Source of the DNA: Candidatus Altimarinota bacterium
GTDB lineage: Bacteria; Patescibacteriota; Gracilibacteria; UBA1369
Assembly (NCBI GenBank): GCA_041659405.1
Contig: JBAZYK010000007.1
Location: 57,126-89,125, forward strand
Reading direction: 5' to 3'
DNA: 32,000 nucleotides
Shown here: one piece after another, positions 9,524-17,568 of the stretch
Layout of the letters: each line of letters starts with the position of its first letter
Numbering within the stretch: the first letter of the stretch is position 1
Notes under the pieces: generated by a model
Told to the model about the DNA's origin: nothing
The model's input: only the letters and a program-made list of their open reading frames with translations
The model's database searches: none
Made by a program: the position numbers and the translations under genes

Positions 9524-11797
9524 ATGGTCACTATTGATGAGATCATCAAGAGGGCTAGTGAATATATTCCGGAGATTGATTCAGCGCGGGTTCGTTCTGC
9601 TTATGAATATGCTGAAAAAGCTCACTTGGGGATGTACCGTTTTTCCGGTGACAGTTGGATGACCCACATTTTAGCGGTGGTGGCTATTTTGCTTTCTTTT
9701 AAGCCGGATGAGAATACGATTATTGCCGGTTTTTTGCATGATCTTGCCGCATCTCCATCTTACGATTTAAATGAAGTAAAAGAGAAGTTTGGTAGTGATG
9801 TAGCGTCTTTGGTTGAAGCGATGGTTAAGGTTGATCATTTACGTCTTCGCACTACCAATTCCGATCTGGAAACGTTGCGCAGTATGTTTTTGGCAATTGC
9901 CGAAGATTTAAGGGTTGTTTTGATACGTTTGGCTGATCGTCTGCAAAATATGGAGACACTGCAATTTGTGCAGCCAAGCAAAAGGAAATCGATTGCACAT
10001 GAAACTTTGGAAATTTATGTTCCGATTGCTTCCAGGCTTGGTATTTATACCTTAAAAACCCATCTGGAGGATTTGTGTTTTCAATATCTTTATCCTCAAC
10101 AATATGAGGATATTAAAAACCAGCGTGATGAATATATGCGTAGAAAAGAGAAAGTTATGGAGTTTATTATCCAAGAGTTAAAGACTTTTTTGGTTTCGCA
10201 TGGCGTGCAGGCCGAGGTAGAGGGCCGTCTTAAAAATCTTTTCAGTATTTATCATAAACTCAAGGCAAAAAACCGTACTTCCATTCAGGAACTTTTTGAT
10301 ATTTTTGCGATTAGAATTATTTTGCCGACTCGTTTAGATGATAAAGGAGTGGAAATGACTGATCATCTTTATGCCGTTTTGGGATTGATTCACAGTAAAT
10401 GGGTTCCTTTAGCCAATCGGTTTAAAGATTATGTGGCGATTCCTAAACCCAATGGTTATCGCAGTCTGCATATTGCGGTTATTGGGCTTGCTCCAAAGCC
10501 GTTAACCCAGCCTACGGAAATTCAGATTCGTTCTCGGAAAATGCATGACCAGGCTGATTTTGGCTTTGCGGCGCATTGGTTTTATAAAGAAGATCCTAAA
10601 TTTAATTCAAGAGACAAACTTTCTTTGAAGAAGTTTTTGAATGAGGATAGCCGTTCCGTATTGCAAAAGGATTGGTTGACGGGTTTGGCCAGACTTCATC
10701 GTGATCTTAATCCGAATAGCGAGCTTTTGAAACCTTTAAAAGTAGATCTTTTTGATGATCGTATTTTTGTTTTAACACCTTCCGGGGAAGTTCGGGATTT
10801 GCCTAAAGGTTCAACGCCGGTTGATTTTGCTTATGCCATTCATACGGATCTTGGAAATTGCTGCTTTGGGGCAAAGGTCAATAATGTGATTGTTCCCTTA
10901 AATTATCATTTGAAAAATGGGGAAGTTGTTGAGGTTATAACCAGAAACAAGCCATCGCCAAAATTGCACTGGCTTTCGTTTGTTAAAACAGCTCATGCCA
11001 AAAATAAAATCAGAAGTTATTTAAAGGGCCTTGATGTTGAAAAAAGTTTTAAGGACGGAAAGCAGATTTTAAATAAAGCTCTGGAGAATTTGGGACTTCC
11101 CGAATTGGATGACAATTTAAGTTTATTGAAGAAATACGATCATCAGAAACTTTCTTTAAAAGATCGTAAACTTTTGGTGGAAACTATTGGTGCCGGGGCG
11201 TTGCCGGTTGCGGCTCTTATCAAGAAGCTGTTTGAGCATGAACCGCCTAATAATGGCTCGATGCAGCGGAATGTGGAAATATTTTCGGGAATAGCTCCTT
11301 CCACGGTTTTGCCAAAAGTTGCTTCCCATATGTTGACTAAAAACATTAAGGAGCAGATTTTTATTGCCGGAGAAACCGGCTTGCCATACAAATTATCGCT
11401 TTGTTGTAAGCCAAGTTTTGGTAGTTCGATAGTTGGTTACGTTTCACGCGGAGGGGCCGTGCGTATTCATCTGCAAAAATGCAAATTTCTAAAAAATGCT
11501 TATATGGACCGTGTGCTGGAGGCGAGCTGGGGTCCGACTTTGCAGCAAAGAAAAACTCCAATGAGAATGCTGATCAGTGCCGTGGATCGGGTTGGTTTAA
11601 TTCGCGATATTGCCGATGTAATTGCCGGTTTTAATGTGAGTATTTTGGATTTTTCCTTAAAAGAAAAAATGGATACCGTGATTCAAAGAGAAATGGTTTT
11701 GGAAGTTTCCGATTCAAAACAGTTTGCAAAAATTATGGAAAAACTGATGCAGGTCAGAAACGTGGTTAAGGTTATGCCTGCAGGTGATGCCGTTTAA
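9524..11797 (+). CDS. RelA/SpoT homolog: (p)ppGpp synthetase with degenerate hydrolase active site
   Basis: HD-domain region (FSGDSWMTHILAVVAIL, GFLHDLAASPSYDL, RLADRLQNMETL), synthetase motifs (GRLKNLFSIYHKLKAKN, FDIFAIRII, NRFKDYVAIPKPNGYRSLH, TEIQIRSRKMHDQADFGFAAHWFYKE), TGS domain (RIFVLTPSGEVRDLPKGSTPVDFAYAIHTDLG) and C-terminal ACT-like domain. Confidence 0.95.
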   Translation: MVTIDEIIKRASEYIPEIDSARVRSAYEYAEKAHLGMYRFSGDSWMTHILAVVAILLSFKPDENTIIAGFLHDLAASPSYDLNEVKEKFGSDVASLVEAMVKVDHLRLRTTNSDLETLRSMFLAIAEDLRVVLIRLADRLQNMETLQFVQPSKRKSIAHETLEIYVPIASRLGIYTLKTHLEDLCFQYLYPQQYEDIKNQRDEYMRRKEKVMEFIIQELKTFLVSHGVQAEVEGRLKNLFSIYHKLKAKNRTSIQELFDIFAIRIILPTRLDDKGVEMTDHLYAVLGLIHSKWVPLANRFKDYVAIPKPNGYRSLHIAVIGLAPKPLTQPTEIQIRSRKMHDQADFGFAAHWFYKEDPKFNSRDKLSLKKFLNEDSRSVLQKDWLTGLARLHRDLNPNSELLKPLKVDLFDDRIFVLTPSGEVRDLPKGSTPVDFAYAIHTDLGNCCFGAKVNNVIVPLNYHLKNGEVVEVITRNKPSPKLHWLSFVKTAHAKNKIRSYLKGLDVEKSFKDGKQILNKALENLGLPELDDNLSLLKKYDHQKLSLKDRKLLVETIGAGALPVAALIKKLFEHEPPNNGSMQRNVEIFSGIAPSTVLPKVASHMLTKNIKEQIFIAGETGLPYKLSLCCKPSFGSSIVGYVSRGGAVRIHLQKCKFLKNAYMDRVLEASWGPTLQQRKTPMRMLISAVDRVGLIRDIADVIAGFNVSILDFSLKEKMDTVIQREMVLEVSDSKQFAKIMEKLMQVRNVVKVMPAGDAV

Positions 11798-12558
11798 TAG
11801 TCAACGTTGCTTAATCCGGCAATGACTTTGGGACTGCGCATTTCCTGGTCAAGATAGTTGTTCAAAAACTGGTTACTGATTTGTTGGAGCCTGTTTTTTT
11901 GCAATGAATCCATGCGGATATTTTTTTGGGGTTTATCCTGAAAAGTAAGATGGGCAATCAGTTTGATAACACTAAAGTCAATTTTGCTTGGCTTGATTAG
12001 CTTGTGGCTGCATTCATCGCAGCTTAAATGCCCGTCCTGATTAAGCCAGACGTTGGGTTGCCCATTAGTTTGCAGCCAGGGTTTATGGCAGAAGGAACAG
12101 TTTTTAATGTCGGGCAGAACTCCCATGAAATTGAGCAATTTTAGTTTAAACTCTTCTATTTCCAGAAAATATTGTTGGCCGTTATTGATTTGGGTAAGCG
12201 TTGATTCAAGCAGTTGATAAAGTTCCGCGCCGTGTTCATCCGAATAAGTACTCTTTTCAAAAATTTCCAAAAGCAGCATGGCGAAAAGCGATTTCTGCAG
12301 ATCCGCACGGATGGCTTTAAAGTTGGTTTCGGTCTGGCATTGCAAAATGGTAAACCGGTACGGAGTTTGATAAAGCTGAAAATTACAGATGTTAAGGGTT
12401 TCCAAATGTCCACAAAACGAACTGGTTATTTTACGTGAACCTTTGGCCGTTGCTTTGATTTTGCCGAGTTCAGGACTAAAAAGAGTGACAGCATAATCAA
12501 ATTCGCTGCGCTGCTCTTTTTTCAGGATGATTCCTTTGGTGTGATGTTGTCTTTGCAT
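11794..12558 (-). CDS. recO: DNA repair protein RecO
   Basis: N-terminal OB-fold start (HTKGIILKKEQRSEFDYAVTLFSPELGKIKATAKGSRK), Cys4 zinc motif (CSFC...CDEC), size 254 aa. Confidence 0.85.
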   Translation of the reverse strand: MQRQHHTKGIILKKEQRSEFDYAVTLFSPELGKIKATAKGSRKITSSFCGHLETLNICNFQLYQTPYRFTILQCQTETNFKAIRADLQKSLFAMLLLEIFEKSTYSDEHGAELYQLLESTLTQINNGQQYFLEIEEFKLKLLNFMGVLPDIKNCSFCHKPWLQTNGQPNVWLNQDGHLSCDECSHKLIKPSKIDFSVIKLIAHLTFQDKPQKNIRMDSLQKNRLQQISNQFLNNYLDQEMRSPKVIAGLSNVDY

Positions 12559-12563
12559 AGCGC

Positions 12564-13535
12564 TTAATTAACCGTCAGTTTACCTTTTAAATATTGTTGG
12601 ACCGCGGTAAAACTGCTGATTATTCCAATGATAACCGTAATGACCAGTTCTGCAAAAAAGACTTTATCCAAATTAAGATTGCTGTAAAAAGTCCAAAGAT
12701 TGCTTTCTTGAATGTTGATGCCTTTGCCCACAAGATAGAGAAAAGTCAGACTCAAGAAAACGGCAAAAACGCTGTAAAGTATGCCCTCAAAAATAAAAGG
12801 CAGGCGAATGAAATTTGGTGTAGCGCCCACCAATCGCATAATATAAATTTCGTTGCGGCGGGTGTAAATGGTCAGCTGGATTGCGTTTATAACGACCAGT
12901 GTTCCTCCAACTACAAAAACCAGCACGATCCAGAAAATAATTTGGCGTACAAATTGGTTGATGCGGGTAAGGTTATCCGTAACTTTGGAAAGTACAATGT
13001 TTTCGCTGTTGTTTCCTATTGCTGTGGTTTCATTATTATTGAGTGAGTTTTTGAATTCACTTTTTTTAAGGAAATCCTTAATTTTCTGATAGTATTCAGG
13101 TTTTTCCATCATGATGCTGACGCTTGGAGGAAGGGGATTTGCATTGAACTTTTTTAAAAAGTCTGCAGTTTGTGGCTGACTTTTGCTCACAATTTGCAGT
13201 GCGGCTTCCTTGGAAGTATATTTAACGCTTTTTACTCCCTGGACTTTTTGCAAAGCAGAAATCAGATTTTGGGCTTCATAGAAAGAAATATCGTCTCTTA
13301 AATCAACCACCATATCAACGTGCTCGCCCAGAGTTTGCAGAGCCTGATTGGTGATGGAATAGACGGTTAAAATCGTGTTAAAAATAAACAAAATTACCGC
13401 CATAACAATAATGGTAGCCAGCGATAAAAATTTGTTTCTCCAGAAGTTGGTCAGTCCCAAATTGAAACTTCGGCCCAAAGAGATGAGCAGATTTTCGTTT
13501 TGTACTTCAATTTGTGTTGGTTTTGTTTTGTTCAA
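12564..13535 (-). CDS. ftsX: Cell division protein FtsX-like permease
   Basis: N-terminal TM, extracellular domain (DMVVDLRDDISFYEAQNLISALQKVQGVKSVKYTSKEAAL), C-terminal three-TM FtsX domain (GGTLVVINAIQLTIYTRRNEIYIMRLVGATPNFIRLPFIFEGILY). Confidence 0.93.
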   Translation of the reverse strand: MNKTKPTQIEVQNENLLISLGRSFNLGLTNFWRNKFLSLATIIVMAVILFIFNTILTVYSITNQALQTLGEHVDMVVDLRDDISFYEAQNLISALQKVQGVKSVKYTSKEAALQIVSKSQPQTADFLKKFNANPLPPSVSIMMEKPEYYQKIKDFLKKSEFKNSLNNNETTAIGNNSENIVLSKVTDNLTRINQFVRQIIFWIVLVFVVGGTLVVINAIQLTIYTRRNEIYIMRLVGATPNFIRLPFIFEGILYSVFAVFLSLTFLYLVGKGINIQESNLWTFYSNLNLDKVFFAELVITVIIGIISSFTAVQQYLKGKLTVN

Positions 13536-13565
13536 GATGAGGTGTTTAAAGTCTTTTGATTTTGC

Positions 13566-14051
13566 TTAACCAGCGATTTGCTCACTTGTTTTGAGGCTTG
13601 TTGATAAGCTTATAGGGTCTTTTCCTAGTATGGCTTTTCTTAAGAGTGAAGATTTGTAAACTTGCGGTTCGTATGATTGCAGTCTTTCAACCATCGCGTT
13701 AAGTTTAAGGTCAATCAGGGTTTTTTCCAGTCGTTGGGTGAAAACGAATTGGTCATACCCAAGCGCAATTACATCCGGACGGAATTTTTTTAAAACTTTA
13801 TGTTTATCGTTATGATACCCAAGCACGACTTTATCCGCGATGCCGCTTTTTTTAACGCTTTTTGCTCTTTGGCGTTCATTGTCGTCGGGTTGGCGTCCTT
13901 TGATTTTGCGGACGGTCTCATCACGCGCAATTATCACAATAAGATATTCGCCCAGAGCTTTGGCCTGTTTTAAGTAATTTTCGTGACCTGCATGAAATAG
14001 ATCGAAGGTTCCGAAAGCGATAACTTTTTTTAGAGGTGTCGTATTATTCAT
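13566..14051 (-). CDS. Cytidylyltransferase-like nucleotidyltransferase, resembling archaeal FAD synthetase (RibL)
   Basis: VIAFGTFDLFHAGHENYLKQAKALGEYLIVIIARDETVRKIKGRQP...PDVIALGYDQ...YKSSLLRKAI; close in pattern to the M. jannaschii RibL-type sequence. Confidence 0.75.
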   Translation of the reverse strand: MNNTTPLKKVIAFGTFDLFHAGHENYLKQAKALGEYLIVIIARDETVRKIKGRQPDDNERQRAKSVKKSGIADKVVLGYHNDKHKVLKKFRPDVIALGYDQFVFTQRLEKTLIDLKLNAMVERLQSYEPQVYKSSLLRKAILGKDPISLSTSLKTSEQIAG

Positions 14052-14052
14052 G

Positions 14053-14358
14053 TTATTTTATTAATTTATCCGGTACGAAGATGTTAATATACAAAAGTCC
14101 AAAGAAAATGGAAAGGGTAATAAAAATGAACAGGTTTCCGATGTTTTTCTGTTTTTCGGCTTTTATGCCGCAATAGATTGTGGCAAAGCCATAAATCAGG
14201 GCACTGATGGCAAAAGGAATTTCCAGAATGTGGTTGATGATGGTGGAGGTCGGCAAAAAGTACAGATTGGTCATCATTAAGCCTGAAATTATGTGTCCAA
14301 GGCCTAAAATCACAAAGAAAATGAGTGCTACTTTTTTAAGATTTTCGTTGTTTTGCAA
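14053..14358 (-). CDS. Small hypothetical membrane protein (TTG start as called)
   Basis: 101-aa ORF with three to four hydrophobic segments, 2 nt upstream of the next same-strand gene. The start codon is uncertain. Confidence 0.6.
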   Translation of the reverse strand: MQNNENLKKVALIFFVILGLGHIISGLMMTNLYFLPTSTIINHILEIPFAISALIYGFATIYCGIKAEKQKNIGNLFIFITLSIFFGLLYINIFVPDKLIK

Positions 14359-14541
14359 GGGGGTGGCTTAAAATAAGGTTAAAACCGGGTGAGTTATTGC
14401 GCGAAGTGGCTATTTTTATCGTGTGCGGGCTGTGCTGCTTGTGTGCTTTTTTGTAAATTGGCGCAGCATGCTTTTTGTGTGCCCAAAAACCTGGTTTATT
14501 ATAGTGTTTGTTTAGGGAATTGTCTATTTTTGAGTGATGAA

Positions 14542-14570
14542 TTGCCGTCAATTATTTTTTCGAGTATACT
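14542..14570 (+). promoter_or_regulatory. Candidate sigma70-type promoter for gatCA
   Basis: TTGCCG (14542-14547), 17-nt spacer, TATACT (14565-14570), 60 nt upstream of the gatC ATG. Confidence 0.6.
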
Positions 14571-14630
14571 CAGGCTGTTTTTTGCCTGGGGCGTTCTTTG
14601 CGCTCCATGCTTTATGCCTAATTTCTTCCT

Positions 14631-14921
14631 ATGCTTTCACAAGACCAGGTTCGTCATATAGCCAAGCTAGCCAGACTCGGGGTAACCGATGCGGAAGTGG
14701 AAAAATTCGCACATCAACTCAGCGATATTTTGGGATATGTGGAAAAGTTGGAAAAAGTTGATACCAGCAAAGTTCAGCCAACTTCCCAAGTTACCGGTTT
14801 AAAGAATGTGATGCGTGAAGATGTTGTACAAAAAAGTTGTACAAAGGAGGAGATGCTTGGCTGTACAGAGCTCCCCGTTGAGGCTGAACAAATCAAGGTT
14901 AAGCCAGTGATGAATAATTAA
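14631..14921 (+). CDS. gatC: Asp-tRNA(Asn)/Glu-tRNA(Gln) amidotransferase subunit C
   Basis: VRHIAKLARLGVTDAEVEKFAHQLSDILGYVEKLEKVDTSKVQPTSQVTGLKNVMREDVV, followed by gatA. Confidence 0.93.
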   Translation: MLSQDQVRHIAKLARLGVTDAEVEKFAHQLSDILGYVEKLEKVDTSKVQPTSQVTGLKNVMREDVVQKSCTKEEMLGCTELPVEAEQIKVKPVMNN

Positions 14922-14951
14922 ATTGTTCAACTATTTTTAATATTAAATTAG

Positions 14952-16409
14952 ATGCTCTCAAATCTTACTCTCGCTGAAGCTCATCAGGGTCTAAAGGAAA
15001 AGAAATTTTCTTCGGTTGAACTTACGACTGACTTACTCGGGCGAATCGAAAAATTGAATCCGGCTTTGAATGCTTACATTACTGTTAGCAAAGATGAAGC
15101 TTTAAAGATGGCTAAAGCGGCCGATGAAGTTATTACAAAAGGAAACTTGGTTAGTCCTTTAACCGGCATTCCTATTGGTGTGAAGGATTTAATTAATACC
15201 AAGGGCGTGCGCACAACCTGCGCTTCGGGTATTTTAAAAGATTTTATCCCGCCTTATGATGCAACGGTTATCGAAAAATTGAAGGCCTTGAATTATGTGC
15301 TTGTTGGAAAAACCAATTTGGATGAATTTGCTTGTGGAGGATCGACCGAACATTCTTATTTTGGACCGACTAAAAATCCCTGGGATTTGGAACGTGTTGC
15401 GGGAGGATCTTCCGGTGGTTCCGCTGCTGCGGTTGCGGCTGATATGAGTTTTTATTCACTTGGAACAGATACCGGTGGATCAATTCGTGAACCGGCTTCT
15501 TTTTGTTCCGCGGTTGGTTTGAAGGTTACTTATGGACGTGTTTCGCGCAGTGGCGTAACGGCATTGGCTTCTTCCTGGGATACGATTGGGCCTTTTGCCA
15601 AAACCGTTCAGGATGCTGCGCTTGTTTTGAAAGCAATTGCCGGAAAAGATCCAAAAGATGCTACAACTTTGCAGGCTGAGGTTCCTGATTATGCTGCCAA
15701 TTTGGGCAAATCAATCAAAGGCTTAAAAATTGGTGTGCCAAAGGAATATTTTGGGGAGGGGATTGATCCGGAAGTTGAAAAGTTGGTTCGTGCGGCCTTG
15801 AAAGAATATGAAAAAATGGGTGCGATTTTGAAAGAGGTGAGTTTGCCTTATACTTCCTATGCGATTGCGGTTTATTACGTGGCAATGCCGGCTGAACTTT
15901 CGGCTAACTTGGCTCGTTTTGATGGAATTCGTTTTGGTTCCAAGCCTAAAGAAGACGTGAAATCTTTGGTGGATTATTATTATCAGGCGCGCAAAGAGGG
16001 TTTTGGTGACGAGATCAAGCGCCGCATTATGATTGGGACTTACGTTTTGTCCGCAGGTTATTATGATGCTTATTATTTGAAGGCGCAGAAAGTTAGAACT
16101 TTGATTATTCAGGATTTTGAAAATGCTTTTAAAGATGTGGATGTTTTGATGTCGCCGGTGGTGCCTTTCCCGGCTTTTAAAGTCGGTGAAAAACAGGATC
16201 CACTTAGTATGTATTTGGCGGACGCTTTAACGATTCCGGTAGATGCAGCGGGTATTGCGGGTTTAAGTTTGCCTTGTGGATTTACTGCCAGTGGCTTACC
16301 GGTTGGCTTGCAGATTATTGGTCCACAATTAAGTGAGGGCCTGCTTTTGAACACAGGCGCCGCTTACGAACAAGCTACCGATTGGCATAAACAAAAGCCA
16401 AAGCTTTAA
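14952..16409 (+). CDS. gatA: Asp-tRNA(Asn)/Glu-tRNA(Gln) amidotransferase subunit A
   Basis: Amidase signature GSSGGSAAAVAADMSFYSLGTDTGGSIREPASFCSAVGLKVTYGRVSRSGVTALASSWDTIGPFAKTVQDAALVL. Confidence 0.97.
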   Translation: MLSNLTLAEAHQGLKEKKFSSVELTTDLLGRIEKLNPALNAYITVSKDEALKMAKAADEVITKGNLVSPLTGIPIGVKDLINTKGVRTTCASGILKDFIPPYDATVIEKLKALNYVLVGKTNLDEFACGGSTEHSYFGPTKNPWDLERVAGGSSGGSAAAVAADMSFYSLGTDTGGSIREPASFCSAVGLKVTYGRVSRSGVTALASSWDTIGPFAKTVQDAALVLKAIAGKDPKDATTLQAEVPDYAANLGKSIKGLKIGVPKEYFGEGIDPEVEKLVRAALKEYEKMGAILKEVSLPYTSYAIAVYYVAMPAELSANLARFDGIRFGSKPKEDVKSLVDYYYQARKEGFGDEIKRRIMIGTYVLSAGYYDAYYLKAQKVRTLIIQDFENAFKDVDVLMSPVVPFPAFKVGEKQDPLSMYLADALTIPVDAAGIAGLSLPCGFTASGLPVGLQIIGPQLSEGLLLNTGAAYEQATDWHKQKPKL

Positions 16410-16488
16410 GCTGTGCCCAATCGCCTTCTTTTCCTTGATCAACTTTAGAAGCTGCATCAATAAGATCTTTTTGTCCTTCTGGATTCAT
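16375..16488 (-). CDS. Possible 37-aa small ORF between gatA and trmB
   Basis: Hand translation: MNPEGQKDLIDAASKVDQGKEGDWAQLKALAFVYANR*. Starts 15 nt after the TrmB-family stop on the same strand and overlaps the gatA 3' end by 35 nt. No clear SD. Confidence 0.3.
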   Translation of the reverse strand: MNPEGQKDLIDAASKVDQGKEGDWAQLKALAFVYANR

Positions 16489-16503
16489 AAATTTAAAATT
16501 AAA

Positions 16504-17391
16504 TTAAAATAGTGAGACCTGGTTTTCTTCCTTCTTTTCTTCGGCCGCCGTTTCTCTAACTCGCTCAGTTTTTTCTGCTTGATTAGCTTTAATTGAGGCC
16601 TGTTTTCTGGCCGAGTTTGCCATTAACTCTTCGGCTGAGAGCAATAATCCGCTTTCTAGCTTTTGCATCAAATCACAAAACTCCCAAGTCATCTTAAAAA
16701 TTGCGCGCTGGGTGTTGGCGATTTCCGGACTTTCAATAATCATGCCGATTAGCTCATCCTTAAAAGAAATAATGGCAACTTTGTTATCGTAAATATTGAT
16801 TTCATTGGTGAAGTTGAATTTTTCTTTGGAGATCAAACGAATCTCGCGGAAATTTTCGGTGTCGTGGCTGTGAACCATGCGTCCGTGCTCATCATCCGGA
16901 GCGATTCCACGAAGATGAATTTGTTTATTGGCGCGTTGTGTAACATAATCCTGGTCATAAGTTGGCCAGTGTAAGCGGATTTCCTGAGAGTTGGCATAGT
17001 TTAAAATTTCGGTCTGGCTGGTAAGAGTATCGGCATAAATGGCTTTAATACCTTCAATTCCTTCGTAGTATCTTACGGTTGGGTGAACGGTAACGCCGCC
17101 AAGACGTTTAAGGTCAGGTAGAGCTTCTTCAAAATCTTTCGAACGTTTTTTGATTTCCAGAGCCACAATTTCGGGATCAGTCGCATTGAAATATTTGACC
17201 TTGGCTTTAGTTATAAAGTTGATAAGGCCTTTTTTAATGAGTTTTTCCAGAATGTCGTAAGTAGTGACACGATTGATTTTGGCTTTTGCCGCAATCACGG
17301 AAACCGGACTGGAGCCAAGTTCAAGGGCGGACAAATAAACTGCCGCTTCTTTGCTGTTGAGACCGATATTTTCGACGATGTTTGCGAGCAT
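16504..17391 (-). CDS. TrmB-family transcriptional regulator (start placed at the internal ATG, 17391)
   Basis: wHTH N-terminus IGLNSKEAAVYLSALELGSSPVSVIAAKAKINRVTTYDILEKLIKKGLI, then the sensor-type C-terminal domain (VRYYEGIEGIKAIYADTL...NEINIYDNKVAIISFKDELIGMIIES). The 29-aa extension in the ORF track looks non-native. Confidence 0.85.
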   Translation of the reverse strand: MLANIVENIGLNSKEAAVYLSALELGSSPVSVIAAKAKINRVTTYDILEKLIKKGLINFITKAKVKYFNATDPEIVALEIKKRSKDFEEALPDLKRLGGVTVHPTVRYYEGIEGIKAIYADTLTSQTEILNYANSQEIRLHWPTYDQDYVTQRANKQIHLRGIAPDDEHGRMVHSHDTENFREIRLISKEKFNFTNEINIYDNKVAIISFKDELIGMIIESPEIANTQRAIFKMTWEFCDLMQKLESGLLLSAEELMANSARKQASIKANQAEKTERVRETAAEEKKEENQVSLF

Positions 17392-17568
17392 AGTAAATCG
17401 ATTAATAATTAATTCAATCCTAACAAGACTTCTTTTTTTCAGGAAGATGAATGTTCTTTTTTGACTTGTATGGATCACGCAAAGATGTCGTAGGAAATTT
17501 CTACGAGCGTGGAGGCTGGTGCGTACTAGGAAAAGCTAGCAGAGGGGAAGTTCAAAGCCGCGCGCTTA

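Noticed and set aside
14389-14661. 90-aa plus-strand ORF rich in Cys (MSYCAKWLFLSCAGCAACVLF...)
   Set aside because: It overlaps the well-supported gatC start and promoter, has no recognisable domain, and its Cys richness follows from the TGTGC-rich spacer DNA.
17461-17568. Possible tRNA or tmRNA in the GC-rich spacer next to holA
   Set aside because: I could not fit a cloverleaf (no acceptable acceptor and T-arm pairing) on either strand, so it is kept only as an unexplained structured spacer.
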